Virus record (IMG/VR): IMGVR_UViG_3300037467_001462 | Coordinates: 1-64,000 of that record | DNA: 64,000 nucleotides | From: a virus | Strand: one strand, 5' to 3' | In this document: one piece after another, positions 27,518 to 36,337 of the stretch | How the letters are laid out: each line of letters starts with the position of its first letter | Position numbering within the stretch: the first letter of the stretch is position 1 | Notes under the pieces: generated by a model | The model's database searches: none | The model's input: the letters and a program-made list of their open reading frames with translations, nothing else | What the model was told of the DNA's origin: nothing | Program-made: the position numbers and the translations under genes

Positions 27518-28156
27518 TCACTTCGCTTTCACTTTGACGCCGCCGGACAGCGACGAGTCATGGAATTCGAACTTGTCCGGGGTCGTGCCTGGCGGCACGT
27601 CGAAAGCCACCAGCTCGTCTGACTCGAATCCCGGATTCAGCTTGTGCCCGAAGACTTCGCCTTGCCCCTTGTACTCGTTGCCCTCGTCGTCGACCATAGT
27701 CTGGTCGCTGGCGTCGAACGTGCTTTCCTTCTTGCCGATGTTCGACACATGCACGTGAACAACGACGAACTCGCCTTCCGCTGTGTCTCCGAAGATGCCA
27801 GGGCCTCCAACGTGTTTCGCGCCCTGTTCGACGTTGGTTACCTCGAACTCGAACTGTCCGTCACGCACTGCGCTACCAGCCGCGGGAACGCCGACGCGCA
27901 TCCCGTCAGCGATAAGCCACGCGAAGAAGCATCCAGCGACCACGATCAGGGGCCAACCCCAGCGCGGGATCTTCTTTCGGCCGAACATTGGGCGCGGCGG
28001 CGGGGGGCCGGGGGCGTATCCGTACGGACCTGGCGGCGGATAGTTCGGCGGCGGCCCGTACGCCGCTGGCGGCGCCTGCCACTGCCCAGTAGGTGGCGGG
28101 TATGGCTGTCCGCCGGCTGGGGGGAGTGGTTCGGGTTGCGTGTAGGGCGAGGTCAT
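27518..28156 (-). CDS. DUF4352 (Mpr-like) membrane-anchored protein
   Basis: Pro-rich N-terminus, TM, VRDGQFEFEV...NIG...LNPG...FDVP...HDS. Confidence 0.8.
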   Translation of the reverse strand: MTSPYTQPEPLPPAGGQPYPPPTGQWQAPPAAYGPPPNYPPPGPYGYAPGPPPPRPMFGRKKIPRWGWPLIVVAGCFFAWLIADGMRVGVPAAGSAVRDGQFEFEVTNVEQGAKHVGGPGIFGDTAEGEFVVVHVHVSNIGKKESTFDASDQTMVDDEGNEYKGQGEVFGHKLNPGFESDELVAFDVPPGTTPDKFEFHDSSLSGGVKVKAK

Positions 28157-28296
28157 TGGTGGTCCCGTTGTTGGGGATGGTGTCGGTTTGCGAATCGTTG
28201 TGTGCGCGTGGATCGTTAACTGCGAACGCTCGTGTTCGTGAATGTCGAGTATGGCAGAGTTCGCGCGGCTTGTTTCTGTACCGGCGGGTTTGCTTG

Positions 28297-28317
28297 TAGG
28301 CTCGCACGTATGTTCGA
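28297..28317 (+). promoter_or_regulatory. Leaderless promoter with LexA (SOS) box
   Basis: TAGGCT -10, 7 nt before ATG 28310; TCGCAC-GTAT-GTTCGA is one mismatch from TCGAAC-N4-GTTCGA. Confidence 0.65.
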
Positions 28318-28630
28318 GGAGTGGCCGGACCCGTTCAACCTGCGCCGCGTTCTGGACCCACCTGTGCCAGTTCTCGTCGACCTCGACACCATCTTCCCGA
28401 CCGGCGCCGACATCGGCCGCCCATTTGGGCGTAATCAGATCGCGATGGGCATCAAAGCTGGCGGACTGGTGGTCACCGGGCAAACCCCTGGACGCTTGCA
28501 TGCGTGGGCACGCGCTACAGACGGGACATGGTTGGGGCTGGTTGATTTCGTGCTCACAACAGGGAACCAGCAGGGACGTGAACCGGCGCGGCAATGGGTG
28601 CCGGCTCGCGCGTTGAGGGCTACGCGGTGA
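28310..28630 (+). CDS. Hypothetical protein, probably SOS-inducible
   Basis: MFEEW start within SOS box; 106 aa. Confidence 0.65.
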   Translation: MFEEWPDPFNLRRVLDPPVPVLVDLDTIFPTGADIGRPFGRNQIAMGIKAGGLVVTGQTPGRLHAWARATDGTWLGLVDFVLTTGNQQGREPARQWVPARALRATR

Positions 28631-28949
28631 CCGTGCCGAAAACGTGGGCCCTCATCCGCTTGGTGCCGCGGCGGGCGGTGTCGAGGATGTGGGCGGCTTC
28701 GCGTCCGGTCAATCCGAGGCGCGTCGCTAGATCGAGCGGCACCTCGTCTTCGTCGCTGATCAGTTCCACCAGCAGCCGGTTACGGCTCTGCTCTGCGGCG
28801 TGAATTTCGGCGGATGCCTGTTTGAACGTTTCCGAGCGGGATGGGGCGCGGCCACCACCAACCCTTTCGGACAGCTCCCCGGTCCCTAGTAGGCGAGCCT
28901 TGGCGCGCGCTATCCGCGACATCACCTCGCGTTCGCGGTCTGCGCTCAT
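28620..28949 (-). CDS. Hypothetical protein coupled to HTH-TPR regulator
   Basis: ATGA overlap with upstream gene. Confidence 0.6.
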   Translation of the reverse strand: MSADREREVMSRIARAKARLLGTGELSERVGGGRAPSRSETFKQASAEIHAAEQSRNRLLVELISDEDEVPLDLATRLGLTGREAAHILDTARRGTKRMRAHVFGTVTA

Positions 28950-30208
28950 ACCGTCACGATATCGCGCGCCGCCAGCTCGGCGTCCAGGTCCCGCACCGCG
29001 CGCGTGCTCGCCCACGGTGCAAGCTGGTGCCGGCCCTCAATGATTGCGCCTGCCAATCGGGGTGAACGGTTCTGTTCTGCCAGCTCTGCTGCCTCGCTGA
29101 CGGCAGTAGCGGCTTCCTCGATCGAGTCGAGTTGGATCAAGGCGCGTTCCAGTTCGAGGAGGGTTACTGCCCGGTCGCGGACGTATTCGGGTTGCATCAT
29201 GGCCAGCGCGTCGCGTGATGCCTGGGCGGCCTGTTCGGCGCGCCCGAGGATGGTGAGGCAGTTGCCGCGGTAGGACTCTTGGATGGCGCCGCCCATGAAG
29301 TAGGCGCGTGACTGCGATGGGTGTACTGGTTTGAGGCCCACCAGCGCGGCGTCGGCTTCGTCCAGCGATTGAAGGCACACCGTTTGTTGTCCGGCGATGG
29401 CGGCGGCCTCTGCGTTCCGGACAGCGACGTAGGCGCGTAGGTGCCTGTCCGATGATTGGGCGGCCCATGAGCGGGCGGCTACCGCGTAATCTACTGCGAC
29501 GCGGGGTCGTTTCTGCCAGGTGGCGAGTTGGGACAGATGGCACAGCATGTATGCGCCGAGGTCGGAATCCTCTGCCTCGTGCGCGAATTCGCGTGCCTGC
29601 CCGTAGAGGCGCCCGGCGGTCACGTAGTCGCGGACGTCCCACGCCAGAGAGCCGGCTAGCCCGGTCCATTCTGCGTATAGCGACAGCAGCATCGGCCGTA
29701 TCGCTGGGGGCGCGTCTTTCAGCAGTGCTTCAGTGACCTGCTGTTGCGCGATCACCATTCCTTGCGCGGCCGGCGAACCGAGGAGGTCGTCTAACCGCAT
29801 CGCCTGGTGCAGGGTTGCCCGCATCAGGTTCACTGCCGCTATGTCTGGTCGTCCGGCACCGGACAGTAGCCAATTTGCGCGTTCGGTCGCATCGCCCAGG
29901 CTCAGGGTGGCTAAGGCGCCTGCGCTGGCCGCCGCGCCAGCTTTCAATAGCTCGCGCCGCTTCACGTCGTCGTCATCCTCCGGTTTCCGCAGGACAGTGA
30001 ACCGGGCTGCCGCATCTGCGGGTGCTTTTGCGAGCATCCCCGCGTACAGCGATTGCGCGTGGGATCCGACCGGCCGTTGCCCTTTTTCCCAACCGCGGAC
30101 CGAGCGCTCCGACGCTCCGAGCGTGGCGGCGAACTTGGCCTGATTCATCTGGTACGCGTGCCGTAGCGCTACGCACTCGATGGCGGTCCATGTGGCGACG
30201 ATATCCAT
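28946..30208 (-). CDS. XRE-HTH plus TPR-like helical-repeat transcriptional regulator
   Basis: NQAKFAATLGASERSVRGWEKG HTH; DDVKRRELL linker; Ala-rich helical repeats. Confidence 0.8.
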   Translation of the reverse strand: MDIVATWTAIECVALRHAYQMNQAKFAATLGASERSVRGWEKGQRPVGSHAQSLYAGMLAKAPADAAARFTVLRKPEDDDDVKRRELLKAGAAASAGALATLSLGDATERANWLLSGAGRPDIAAVNLMRATLHQAMRLDDLLGSPAAQGMVIAQQQVTEALLKDAPPAIRPMLLSLYAEWTGLAGSLAWDVRDYVTAGRLYGQAREFAHEAEDSDLGAYMLCHLSQLATWQKRPRVAVDYAVAARSWAAQSSDRHLRAYVAVRNAEAAAIAGQQTVCLQSLDEADAALVGLKPVHPSQSRAYFMGGAIQESYRGNCLTILGRAEQAAQASRDALAMMQPEYVRDRAVTLLELERALIQLDSIEEAATAVSEAAELAEQNRSPRLAGAIIEGRHQLAPWASTRAVRDLDAELAARDIVTV

Positions 30209-30374
30209 GTGCGCCCCCTGCGACGGAAGTGGTCTGGGTCAGATTAGCCGGTTTTTGTCCGGTCTTTGTCCGGAAATGCCCGCCGGACAACGGAAACGAT
30301 CAGGTTATGCCCCGCCGCCGGGCGCCGTGCAGACCCCGGCGGCGGGAGCGATCACACCAACTGAGGAGCTGACT

Positions 30375-30515
30375 GTGACCGCGCTAGTGATTGTGTGCGT
30401 GATTCTCGCAATTGTCATCTACGGCGCGATTGTGGCGTGGCCGCAACGGATTCCGAGCGACCGCACCGTCGCCGCGATCCGGCGTCGCATCGATGATGAG
30501 GACAAACGCCGATGA
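30375..30515 (+). CDS. Small single-TM protein (46 aa)
   Basis: GAGGAG RBS; hydrophobic N-terminus. Confidence 0.6.
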   Translation: MTALVIVCVILAIVIYGAIVAWPQRIPSDRTVAAIRRRIDDEDKRR

Positions 30516-30832
30516 AAATCTCGACGCCGATGAGTCGTTGGCAGCGTGTCGATTCCATCACCAAGCATGACGGGTGGACGGTCCGCTGGTACCTGAACGT
30601 CTCCGACCATGTGCGCATCACCGGCGCCACTACGCCTGGCGGGCGTGAAGCCGCCTTGCCCGACGGTGAACTCCCGCTGCCCACAGCCCGCAACTACATC
30701 CCCGGCGTCGTGTGCGACGTCGTCGAGGCGGAGAAGTACAAGGACTGCCCACGTATGCAGGCGTTTCTTCGTAACCATCGGCAGGCGCGGGAGAGTTGGT
30801 TGGCGTATTGGGAGGCGCGGGGGATGAGCTGA
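30512..30832 (+). CDS. Hypothetical protein
   Basis: ATGA-coupled; 106 aa. Confidence 0.55.
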   Translation: MKISTPMSRWQRVDSITKHDGWTVRWYLNVSDHVRITGATTPGGREAALPDGELPLPTARNYIPGVVCDVVEAEKYKDCPRMQAFLRNHRQARESWLAYWEARGMS

Positions 30833-31025
30833 GGCTTCCATGTCGCCTCGCCGGACTGTGTTCGGCGAGGTTCGGGGAGGCTCGCCTCCCCGCACAAATG
30901 AATAGCCCCGGCGGGGCCGCCGCTCCACAAACGGTCGTCCCGCCGGGGTCTATTCGCAGACTGCCGGTCAAATCGTGACCGGTATCCACGGCGGCAGTCG
31001 CCGCCCCACCCCTAGGAGATCCGAA

Positions 31026-31253
31026 ATGCATTTCGCCCCCAATGCTGGCGAGTTGCGTACCACCGTCGCTTTCCGGAAGGCGACCGCATCAAATCCGAGC
31101 GGCAACTGTGTGGAGGTCGCCGAACTCGCTGACGGCACCGTCGCGATCCGCCACTCCAGCAACCCGAGCGGGGCGGCGTTGATCTACACCCCCGGCGAGT
31201 GGGATGCGTTCGAGGCTGGCGTGAAGGCGGGGGAGTTCAGCCGCCAAGGGTGA
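31026..31253 (+). CDS. DUF397 domain protein
   Basis: FRKATAS...GNCVEVA...VAIRHS..P...L.YT..EW.AF..GVK.GEF. Confidence 0.9.
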   Translation: MHFAPNAGELRTTVAFRKATASNPSGNCVEVAELADGTVAIRHSSNPSGAALIYTPGEWDAFEAGVKAGEFSRQG

Positions 31254-31270
31254 CCGGCGCGAGCGGTTCA

Positions 31271-31310
31271 GGGGCCTCCGGAGCCTATTCCGGAGGCCCC
31301 ACTTTTTTTT
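31271..31310 (+). terminator. Rho-independent terminator
   Basis: GGGGCCTCCGGA/TCCGGAGGCCCC followed by T8. Confidence 0.9.
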
Positions 31311-31354
31311 GCGTGTCTCCCTCTTGGTCACCCAAGGGTGGTGTGAGCTGCTAG

Positions 31355-31385
31355 TGGTCAACGTGCGGTGTTGTGACTACACTAG
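31355..31385 (+). promoter_or_regulatory. xis-int promoter with phage operator
   Basis: TGGTCA-N17-TACACT; GTTGTG-ACTA-CACTAG at 31370-31385. Confidence 0.55.
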
Positions 31386-31413
31386 TCGATAGCTACAACA
31401 CTCAGGAGATGCT

Positions 31414-31626
31414 GTGACCAGATCGGAGCAGCCCGCGTCGGTGGAGCCGCTGTGGGATATCAATGACCTCGCTACTTTCTTGAAGCTCCCGGTAGGGACG
31501 ATTCGGACGTGGCGGAAACGCGGTTACGGGCCGCGTCCGGTGCGCGGTGCCGCGCTCGGCAACCATTTGCGGTGGCGACCGGAGACCGTCATGGCGTGGC
31601 TCGACACCGATGACGAGGCCGCCTAA
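31414..31626 (+). CDS. xis: Excisionase / recombination directionality factor (AlpA/MerR-like HTH)
   Basis: LW.I.DLA.FL..PVGTIRTWR..G.GP...LRWR...V.AWL; directly upstream of int. Confidence 0.85.
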   Translation: MTRSEQPASVEPLWDINDLATFLKLPVGTIRTWRKRGYGPRPVRGAALGNHLRWRPETVMAWLDTDDEAA

Positions 31627-31628
31627 CC

Positions 31629-32939
31629 ATGTCGCACGTACAAGACCGATGGTTCAAAGAGGAACCCGACCCGGACAAGCCCGGTAAGACCAGGAAGGTC
31701 CGCACCAAAGCCTATGGGAAAGGGATGCGGTACAAGGTCCGCTGGACTCCGGAAGGCGAGTCGGAGAAGTCGAAGCTGTTCCCCGACAAGAAGAAGGGCG
31801 AAGCCGACGCCTACAAGACATTCATCGACAATGCGATGTTGGAGCGCGCCTACGTCGACCCGAACCTCGGCAAAACCCCGTTCAAGCAGGTCGCCTACGA
31901 CTGGTTGAAGGGCACCTCAGCAGACCCGTCGTCACGTGACACGAAGAAGCGGCAGATGGACAAACACATCATCCCGCACTTCGAGAAGTCGTCGATCGCG
32001 CGTGCGGGGACGGTGCCGGCAGTGCGGGACTGGCTGGAGTGGGTGCAGCGGCGTGGTTTGGATCCTGTGTATGTGGCGCAGTTGTTCGAGCAGCTGTCGA
32101 GCATCCTGGGGATGGCGCATCGGGAGAAGTACATCTCGGAGAATCCGTGTAAGTCGGCGTCGATCACGAAGCCGCGGGCGCCGAAGAAGCGGATCGTGCC
32201 GTGGGCGAAGTCGAAGGTGGATGCAATCCATGACGCCCTGCCTGACCGGAACAAGATAATCATCCCGTTGGGGGCTGGGGTGGGTATGCGTCAGGGCGAG
32301 ATTCTTGCGGTGGATGTGGCCGAGGATGTGGATCGCGCGGATCAGACGATCCATGTGCAACGGCAGATCCGCAGGCTGGAGAACGGGGTGTTGGTTTTTT
32401 CGCTGCCGAAGCACGACCACACTCGGGTGGCTCCACTCTCGAATTGGGTGTTGAAGTCGATTGATGCCTATCAGGAGTTGTTTCCTCCTGTCCCGGTCAC
32501 GCTTCCCTGGAAGTTTGCTGGCGGGCCTTTGGTGACGTTCAACGTGCTGATGACGCGCGAGGACGGCAAGGTTTGGTATGGGGAGTTGTTCAACGCGACG
32601 GTGTGGAAGGGTGCGTTTCGGGAGTCGGGTGTTCCGCACCGGCGGCGGATCGACGGTATGCATCAGCTCCGCCATTTCTATGCGTCGACTCAGTTGGCTA
32701 ATTTGGTGTCGGTTCGGGAGCTTGCGGAGTACCTTGGGCACGCGGATGCTGCTCTGACGTTGAACACGTACGGGCATCTGATGCCTGATAGCCACTCCCG
32801 GTCTCGGGCGGCTGTGGATACGGTCTGGGGTGTGGTGTCTGATCCTGGGACGGCCTACGGACGGCCTGAGGGGTCGGAGGGGGTTGAGGGTGGTGACCTG
32901 GGCGAAGGTCATCGGATAGTGGATTTGGATGAAATGTAG
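31629..32939 (+). CDS. int: Tyrosine integrase
   Basis: GMRQGE, K (LPKH), HQLRH, LGH and TYGH catalytic motifs. Confidence 0.95.
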   Translation: MSHVQDRWFKEEPDPDKPGKTRKVRTKAYGKGMRYKVRWTPEGESEKSKLFPDKKKGEADAYKTFIDNAMLERAYVDPNLGKTPFKQVAYDWLKGTSADPSSRDTKKRQMDKHIIPHFEKSSIARAGTVPAVRDWLEWVQRRGLDPVYVAQLFEQLSSILGMAHREKYISENPCKSASITKPRAPKKRIVPWAKSKVDAIHDALPDRNKIIIPLGAGVGMRQGEILAVDVAEDVDRADQTIHVQRQIRRLENGVLVFSLPKHDHTRVAPLSNWVLKSIDAYQELFPPVPVTLPWKFAGGPLVTFNVLMTREDGKVWYGELFNATVWKGAFRESGVPHRRRIDGMHQLRHFYASTQLANLVSVRELAEYLGHADAALTLNTYGHLMPDSHSRSRAAVDTVWGVVSDPGTAYGRPEGSEGVEGGDLGEGHRIVDLDEM

Positions 32940-33165
32940 GTGGTTACCTGGGGGTTTGGGGTGGCGCGAATAGGTGTGGGGGCTTGCGACCGTTAGGGTG
33001 GTCGTCATGGCTGAGTTCATTTACCAGATGAACCACGGCCTAAAGCCCCTGGTGGCACAGCGCCACTCGAAACCCCTTCCTACATGCGGATTCTCGGTCA
33101 CCATAGGGCAGCGTTAGACACCTACAGTCAGCGCGTGACGGCCTGTAGACGGCCTGACACGGCCC
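32849..33165 (+). other. attP: core about 33007-33032 matching the 5' end of host ettA, with GACGGCCT arm-type repeats
   Basis: ATGGCTGAGTTCATTTACCAGATGAA encodes MAEFIYQM; GACGGCCT at 32849, 32860, 33137 and 33148 (11-bp period), variant at 33158. Confidence 0.75.
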
Positions 33166-33417
33166 GAGCGTGAGCAACCTGCACCTCACCAACCGTCGCA
33201 GCGGCCCGCAATCCGCAACCCGCACACACAAATCGACGACCACCAATACCGGGGAGCGAACACAATGCCGCCCAAGCAAACCGACACCGAGACACCAGCC
33301 CGCCCGCCACAAGCCACGAGAACGACCCCGAATAGCCTCCCAGGCACCAACACCGCCAACCGCGCCGAAAAGCCGCCACAAGGCCAGCGAGACCAATTCA
33401 GGAAACCGCGCCCGACC

Positions 33418-34170
33418 CTATTCGCTGTCGAATAGCCGAGCCGTCACCCATTCCGCGGCCTTCTTCACCACCGGCACCAAACCCACCGCCGCCAGCGCCA
33501 GCCCCACAGGGATCCTGAAAACCTCAGTCACAGCCACGGAATGGTTCGCCAATATCTGCGGACGCTCCACGATCGCCCACACCATCCAACCCGTCCACGC
33601 GATCCCCGCGACCCCGATCACACCGATACTCCACAACACTGTCCGCGCCTCCCACCGCCAAATCCGAGCCTGCGCGATACCGCCAGCAGCGAACAGAAGG
33701 CAGGTTCCCACCGTGAACAGCAGAACAATCGACATGTACACAAGCGACGCCGGATCATGCATCGAGAAATCATCGTCCGCGGCAACCGAACCCAGACGAC
33801 CCACCCGCGACGCTACGACCATCCCTACCAGGCAGGCGCCGGAGAACCACGACCATGCCCGCGAAAACCACGTCCAGCGTGCGGGAATCAGGCGCCGCCG
33901 GCTCGGATCCACGAACAGCATCCGAATCCACATCAAACCGATCAGCCAGGCAGTGACCACCGTCAGGCAAGTGTGGGCGACGTCGGACACGTTGTCCCCG
34001 AGGATCCCCCGTAACGCTGGGTCGACGTGTCGTTCCCCAATGCTGTTCATCGACAGAGCAAACGAAACAGCCAAGACGGCGAGGGCGATGGTGTAGTGAC
34101 GGGTCTTCCTGTCCCAGATCGACAGCCGAGCGGAAGCTACAAGTAGGAGGATGACAACGACGGCGCCCAC
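33418..34170 (-). CDS. Multi-pass membrane protein (about 7 TM)
   Basis: Hydrophobic 250-aa ORF. Confidence 0.7.
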   Translation of the reverse strand: MGAVVVILLLVASARLSIWDRKTRHYTIALAVLAVSFALSMNSIGERHVDPALRGILGDNVSDVAHTCLTVVTAWLIGLMWIRMLFVDPSRRRLIPARWTWFSRAWSWFSGACLVGMVVASRVGRLGSVAADDDFSMHDPASLVYMSIVLLFTVGTCLLFAAGGIAQARIWRWEARTVLWSIGVIGVAGIAWTGWMVWAIVERPQILANHSVAVTEVFRIPVGLALAAVGLVPVVKKAAEWVTARLFDSE

Positions 34171-34258
34171 ATCCCCACGTTATGCCCCGAATCCGACACG
34201 AAACACAAAGTTCGCCGAAACGATCCCTATCGGTCTGATGTTTCCTAGGGTAACGAGA

Positions 34259-34561
34259 TCAGGTAAATCCCAGCGAATCTCGGATCTCGTCCTCCGGGGT
34301 GCGGTCCCAGCCAGTCCAACGCTCCTCAGCGTTCTTCTGCAACTGCCAGCCCGGCGTGCCGATAGCGCGACCGAGCCGAGCGAGCGTTTCCGGCGTCAGG
34401 CGTGTCTCACCGCTTTCCAGCCGCTTATAGCTGGACCTGGTCATACCCAGTGCGATCCACACATCTTCCTGCCTCAACCCGGCCGCGACTCGGCACTCGG
34501 CGATCACCCTGCCGAGCACCTGATCGAGGTCGTCGGTCCGTATGGCCCGCCGCCGCTCCAC
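34259..34561 (-). CDS. XRE-family HTH regulator
   Basis: R..AGLRQEDV..ALGMTRSSYKRLESG. Confidence 0.8.
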   Translation of the reverse strand: MERRRAIRTDDLDQVLGRVIAECRVAAGLRQEDVWIALGMTRSSYKRLESGETRLTPETLARLGRAIGTPGWQLQKNAEERWTGWDRTPEDEIRDSLGFT

Positions 34562-34837
34562 CGCACCACCCTAACCGGTCTGCGTCGGAACTCGCCGCCA
34601 ATACCCGCCCTGCCAACGTCGCAAACATCACGATTGTGATTCATGGCAAATTTGTGGCGACAAGCTATTGTAAGGTCCAGAATCTGGGCTGTAGAGTACG
34701 TGACAGCCTCAGTTTAGAGGAAGAGTTTACGGCTTAATCACGAGCAGCCAACGTCCCACTGTCGGGGAGGGTGAGGCGAGACGTGAACGCCCCACACACC
34801 ATCCACGTCAATGAGCCTTTGCTCGGAGGGCCACCCA

Positions 34838-35284
34838 ATGAAGCGCGACCTCTACCGCCAATACCAATGCGCACGCATCGACGACACCGAACTCGCCGAC
34901 CTCGCCAAACTCGGCATCAGCACGCGCCCACCGAGCGGCACCCTCTGCTACTGGCCGGACGAAAACCGCCAGCTCTGGAAAGAGATCGGCCACGTCATCG
35001 TGTGGGACGAAGCCGAACGCCGCATCGAAATCCTCCCCTACGAGGGTGTCGACGACGAAGACCGCGCCGCACTCGCCGGCGCCGGATGGGAAGCCTGGTT
35101 CAACGGCCCCGAGATCGACGACCAGTGGGAGTACCGGGCCGCGACCGCGGGCGGCACCTACTGGGCTACCACCATCAACACCAAGGTTGGTGCGGATGAT
35201 CCGTTCGCGATGATCATCCGTGCTGCGGAGAACTTCCGTGAGCGTCAGGATCGGTTGCTGGATCAAGGATTCGACGCAGCCTGA
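34838..35284 (+). CDS. Hypothetical protein (stand-alone transcription unit)
   Basis: GGAGG RBS; own terminator. Confidence 0.65.
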   Translation: MKRDLYRQYQCARIDDTELADLAKLGISTRPPSGTLCYWPDENRQLWKEIGHVIVWDEAERRIEILPYEGVDDEDRAALAGAGWEAWFNGPEIDDQWEYRAATAGGTYWATTINTKVGADDPFAMIIRAAENFRERQDRLLDQGFDAA

Positions 35285-35295
35285 CGACGTGCTTA

Positions 35296-35339
35296 AGGCG
35301 TCGACCGAGCCCCTGCGGCTTTGGTCGACGCCTCTTTTT
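35296..35339. terminator. Terminator between convergent genes
   Basis: AGGCGTCGACC/GGTCGACGCCT followed by CTTTTT. Confidence 0.8.
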
Positions 35340-35360
35340 GTGTTCTAGGGCATCGAGGCT

Positions 35361-35789
35361 TTATGGCTTGACTGATTGTCGTTTGCCTTGCGCGCGCACG
35401 GTTGTCGTGCCTGGCGTCTGCTCAGGCGCGGCGGATGGTTGGTTCGATGCTTCCGATAGCCGGCGGCCGATTTCGGCGACGAGGACTTCGTTGGGGAGGT
35501 CCTTGGCTTCGGGAGTGGGTGCCGTGGTGGTGATGCCGAGTTCTTCCATGGTGGCGAATTCGGCGCGGTCGAAGGCTTCGGCGATGGGGCGCCCGAAGTG
35601 GAGGGCGACCTTGCGGGCGACGTGGGGGTCGGGTCCGCCGACTCCGCGTTCCCAGTAGCCGGGGGTTGACCTGGCTACACCGACTGCTTCGGCGAGCTGC
35701 GACTTGTTCGTCTCCGTGGCTTTCATGAGGGAGTCCACGTAGTACCACCAGCGGGTGGGGGTGTTCTGGTCTTCGGGTTCGGTCGTCAT
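35361..35789 (-). CDS. Probable immunity repressor (XRE HTH)
   Basis: NKSQLAEAVGVARSTPGYWERG; divergent from early operon promoter with operators. Confidence 0.75.
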   Translation of the reverse strand: MTTEPEDQNTPTRWWYYVDSLMKATETNKSQLAEAVGVARSTPGYWERGVGGPDPHVARKVALHFGRPIAEAFDRAEFATMEELGITTTAPTPEAKDLPNEVLVAEIGRRLSEASNQPSAAPEQTPGTTTVRAQGKRQSVKP

Positions 35790-35981
35790 GGGGACAGTCC
35801 TGTGTCTCTGGATCGGCCGCGCCTACCGGGTGGTAGGGCTTCTAGAGATTGAGGATATATACAGGCTTCACTATTGGGAATAGTTGCCACAACACTCTAG
35901 GCGCCTTCCCGGTTGCGGGAGTCTCATTCTCGCTGCTCAATGACCTTCGCCTCTTGCGAAACGTGTTCCCTGTAACAGGGC

Positions 35982-36026
35982 TTGCGCGGATGTAGTGTCA
36001 GTACTACACTGTGTTGATGTCACAAC
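35982..36026 (+). promoter_or_regulatory. Early rightward promoter with two operators
   Basis: TTGCGC-N17-TACACT; GTAGTG-TCAG-TACTAC (35992) and GTGTTG-ATGT-CACAAC (36011). Confidence 0.7.
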
Positions 36027-36115
36027 ACGTGGAGTGAACCAACAAAACGGCCCGCCCCCAGTGGCATGAGGACGGGCCAAGGGACACCCCACGCAAGCGA
36101 AAGGAAAAACGCAGC

Positions 36116-36337
36116 ATGTCCAACACGGATCATACGACACCCTGCCAACAGCCACCCCGCCTCAACAAACGGGTCCACATCGACACGGGCGCCCTCCTCC
36201 GAGCCATCGACTGGAACCAGGACGTCATCGACGACCAAGAGGCGCACCTCGCCTACAAGGACGCCGTCATCGCCCGCAAAGACGCCGAGATCGCCGCCCT
36301 CAAAGCCGAACTCGCAGCCCTCAAGGCGGAGAAGTGA
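36116..36337 (+). CDS. Hypothetical coiled-coil protein
   Basis: GAAAGGA RBS. Confidence 0.7.
   Translation: MSNTDHTTPCQQPPRLNKRVHIDTGALLRAIDWNQDVIDDQEAHLAYKDAVIARKDAEIAALKAELAALKAEK

Noticed and set aside
29920-29975. Tat signal (KRRELL) in the HTH-TPR regulator
   Set aside because: Internal, after the HTH; a common linker in this regulator type rather than an export signal
28310-33165. Independent ICE or satellite inserted in the phage
   Set aside because: The xis promoter carries the phage operator, and there are no flanking direct repeats and no rep or tra genes
33265-33435. 56-aa ORF with GGGGAG RBS, and weak similarity of this region to the reverse complement of 25400-25560
   Set aside because: Low-complexity C/A-rich sequence; only short matches such as AAGCCGCCACAA, insufficient without an alignment
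33170-34096. 308-aa plus-strand ORF and other long antisense ORFs (for example 2638..3768, 5160..6548, 16562..17701, 31932..33020)
   Set aside because: Shadow frames of real genes in high-GC DNA; low-complexity translations
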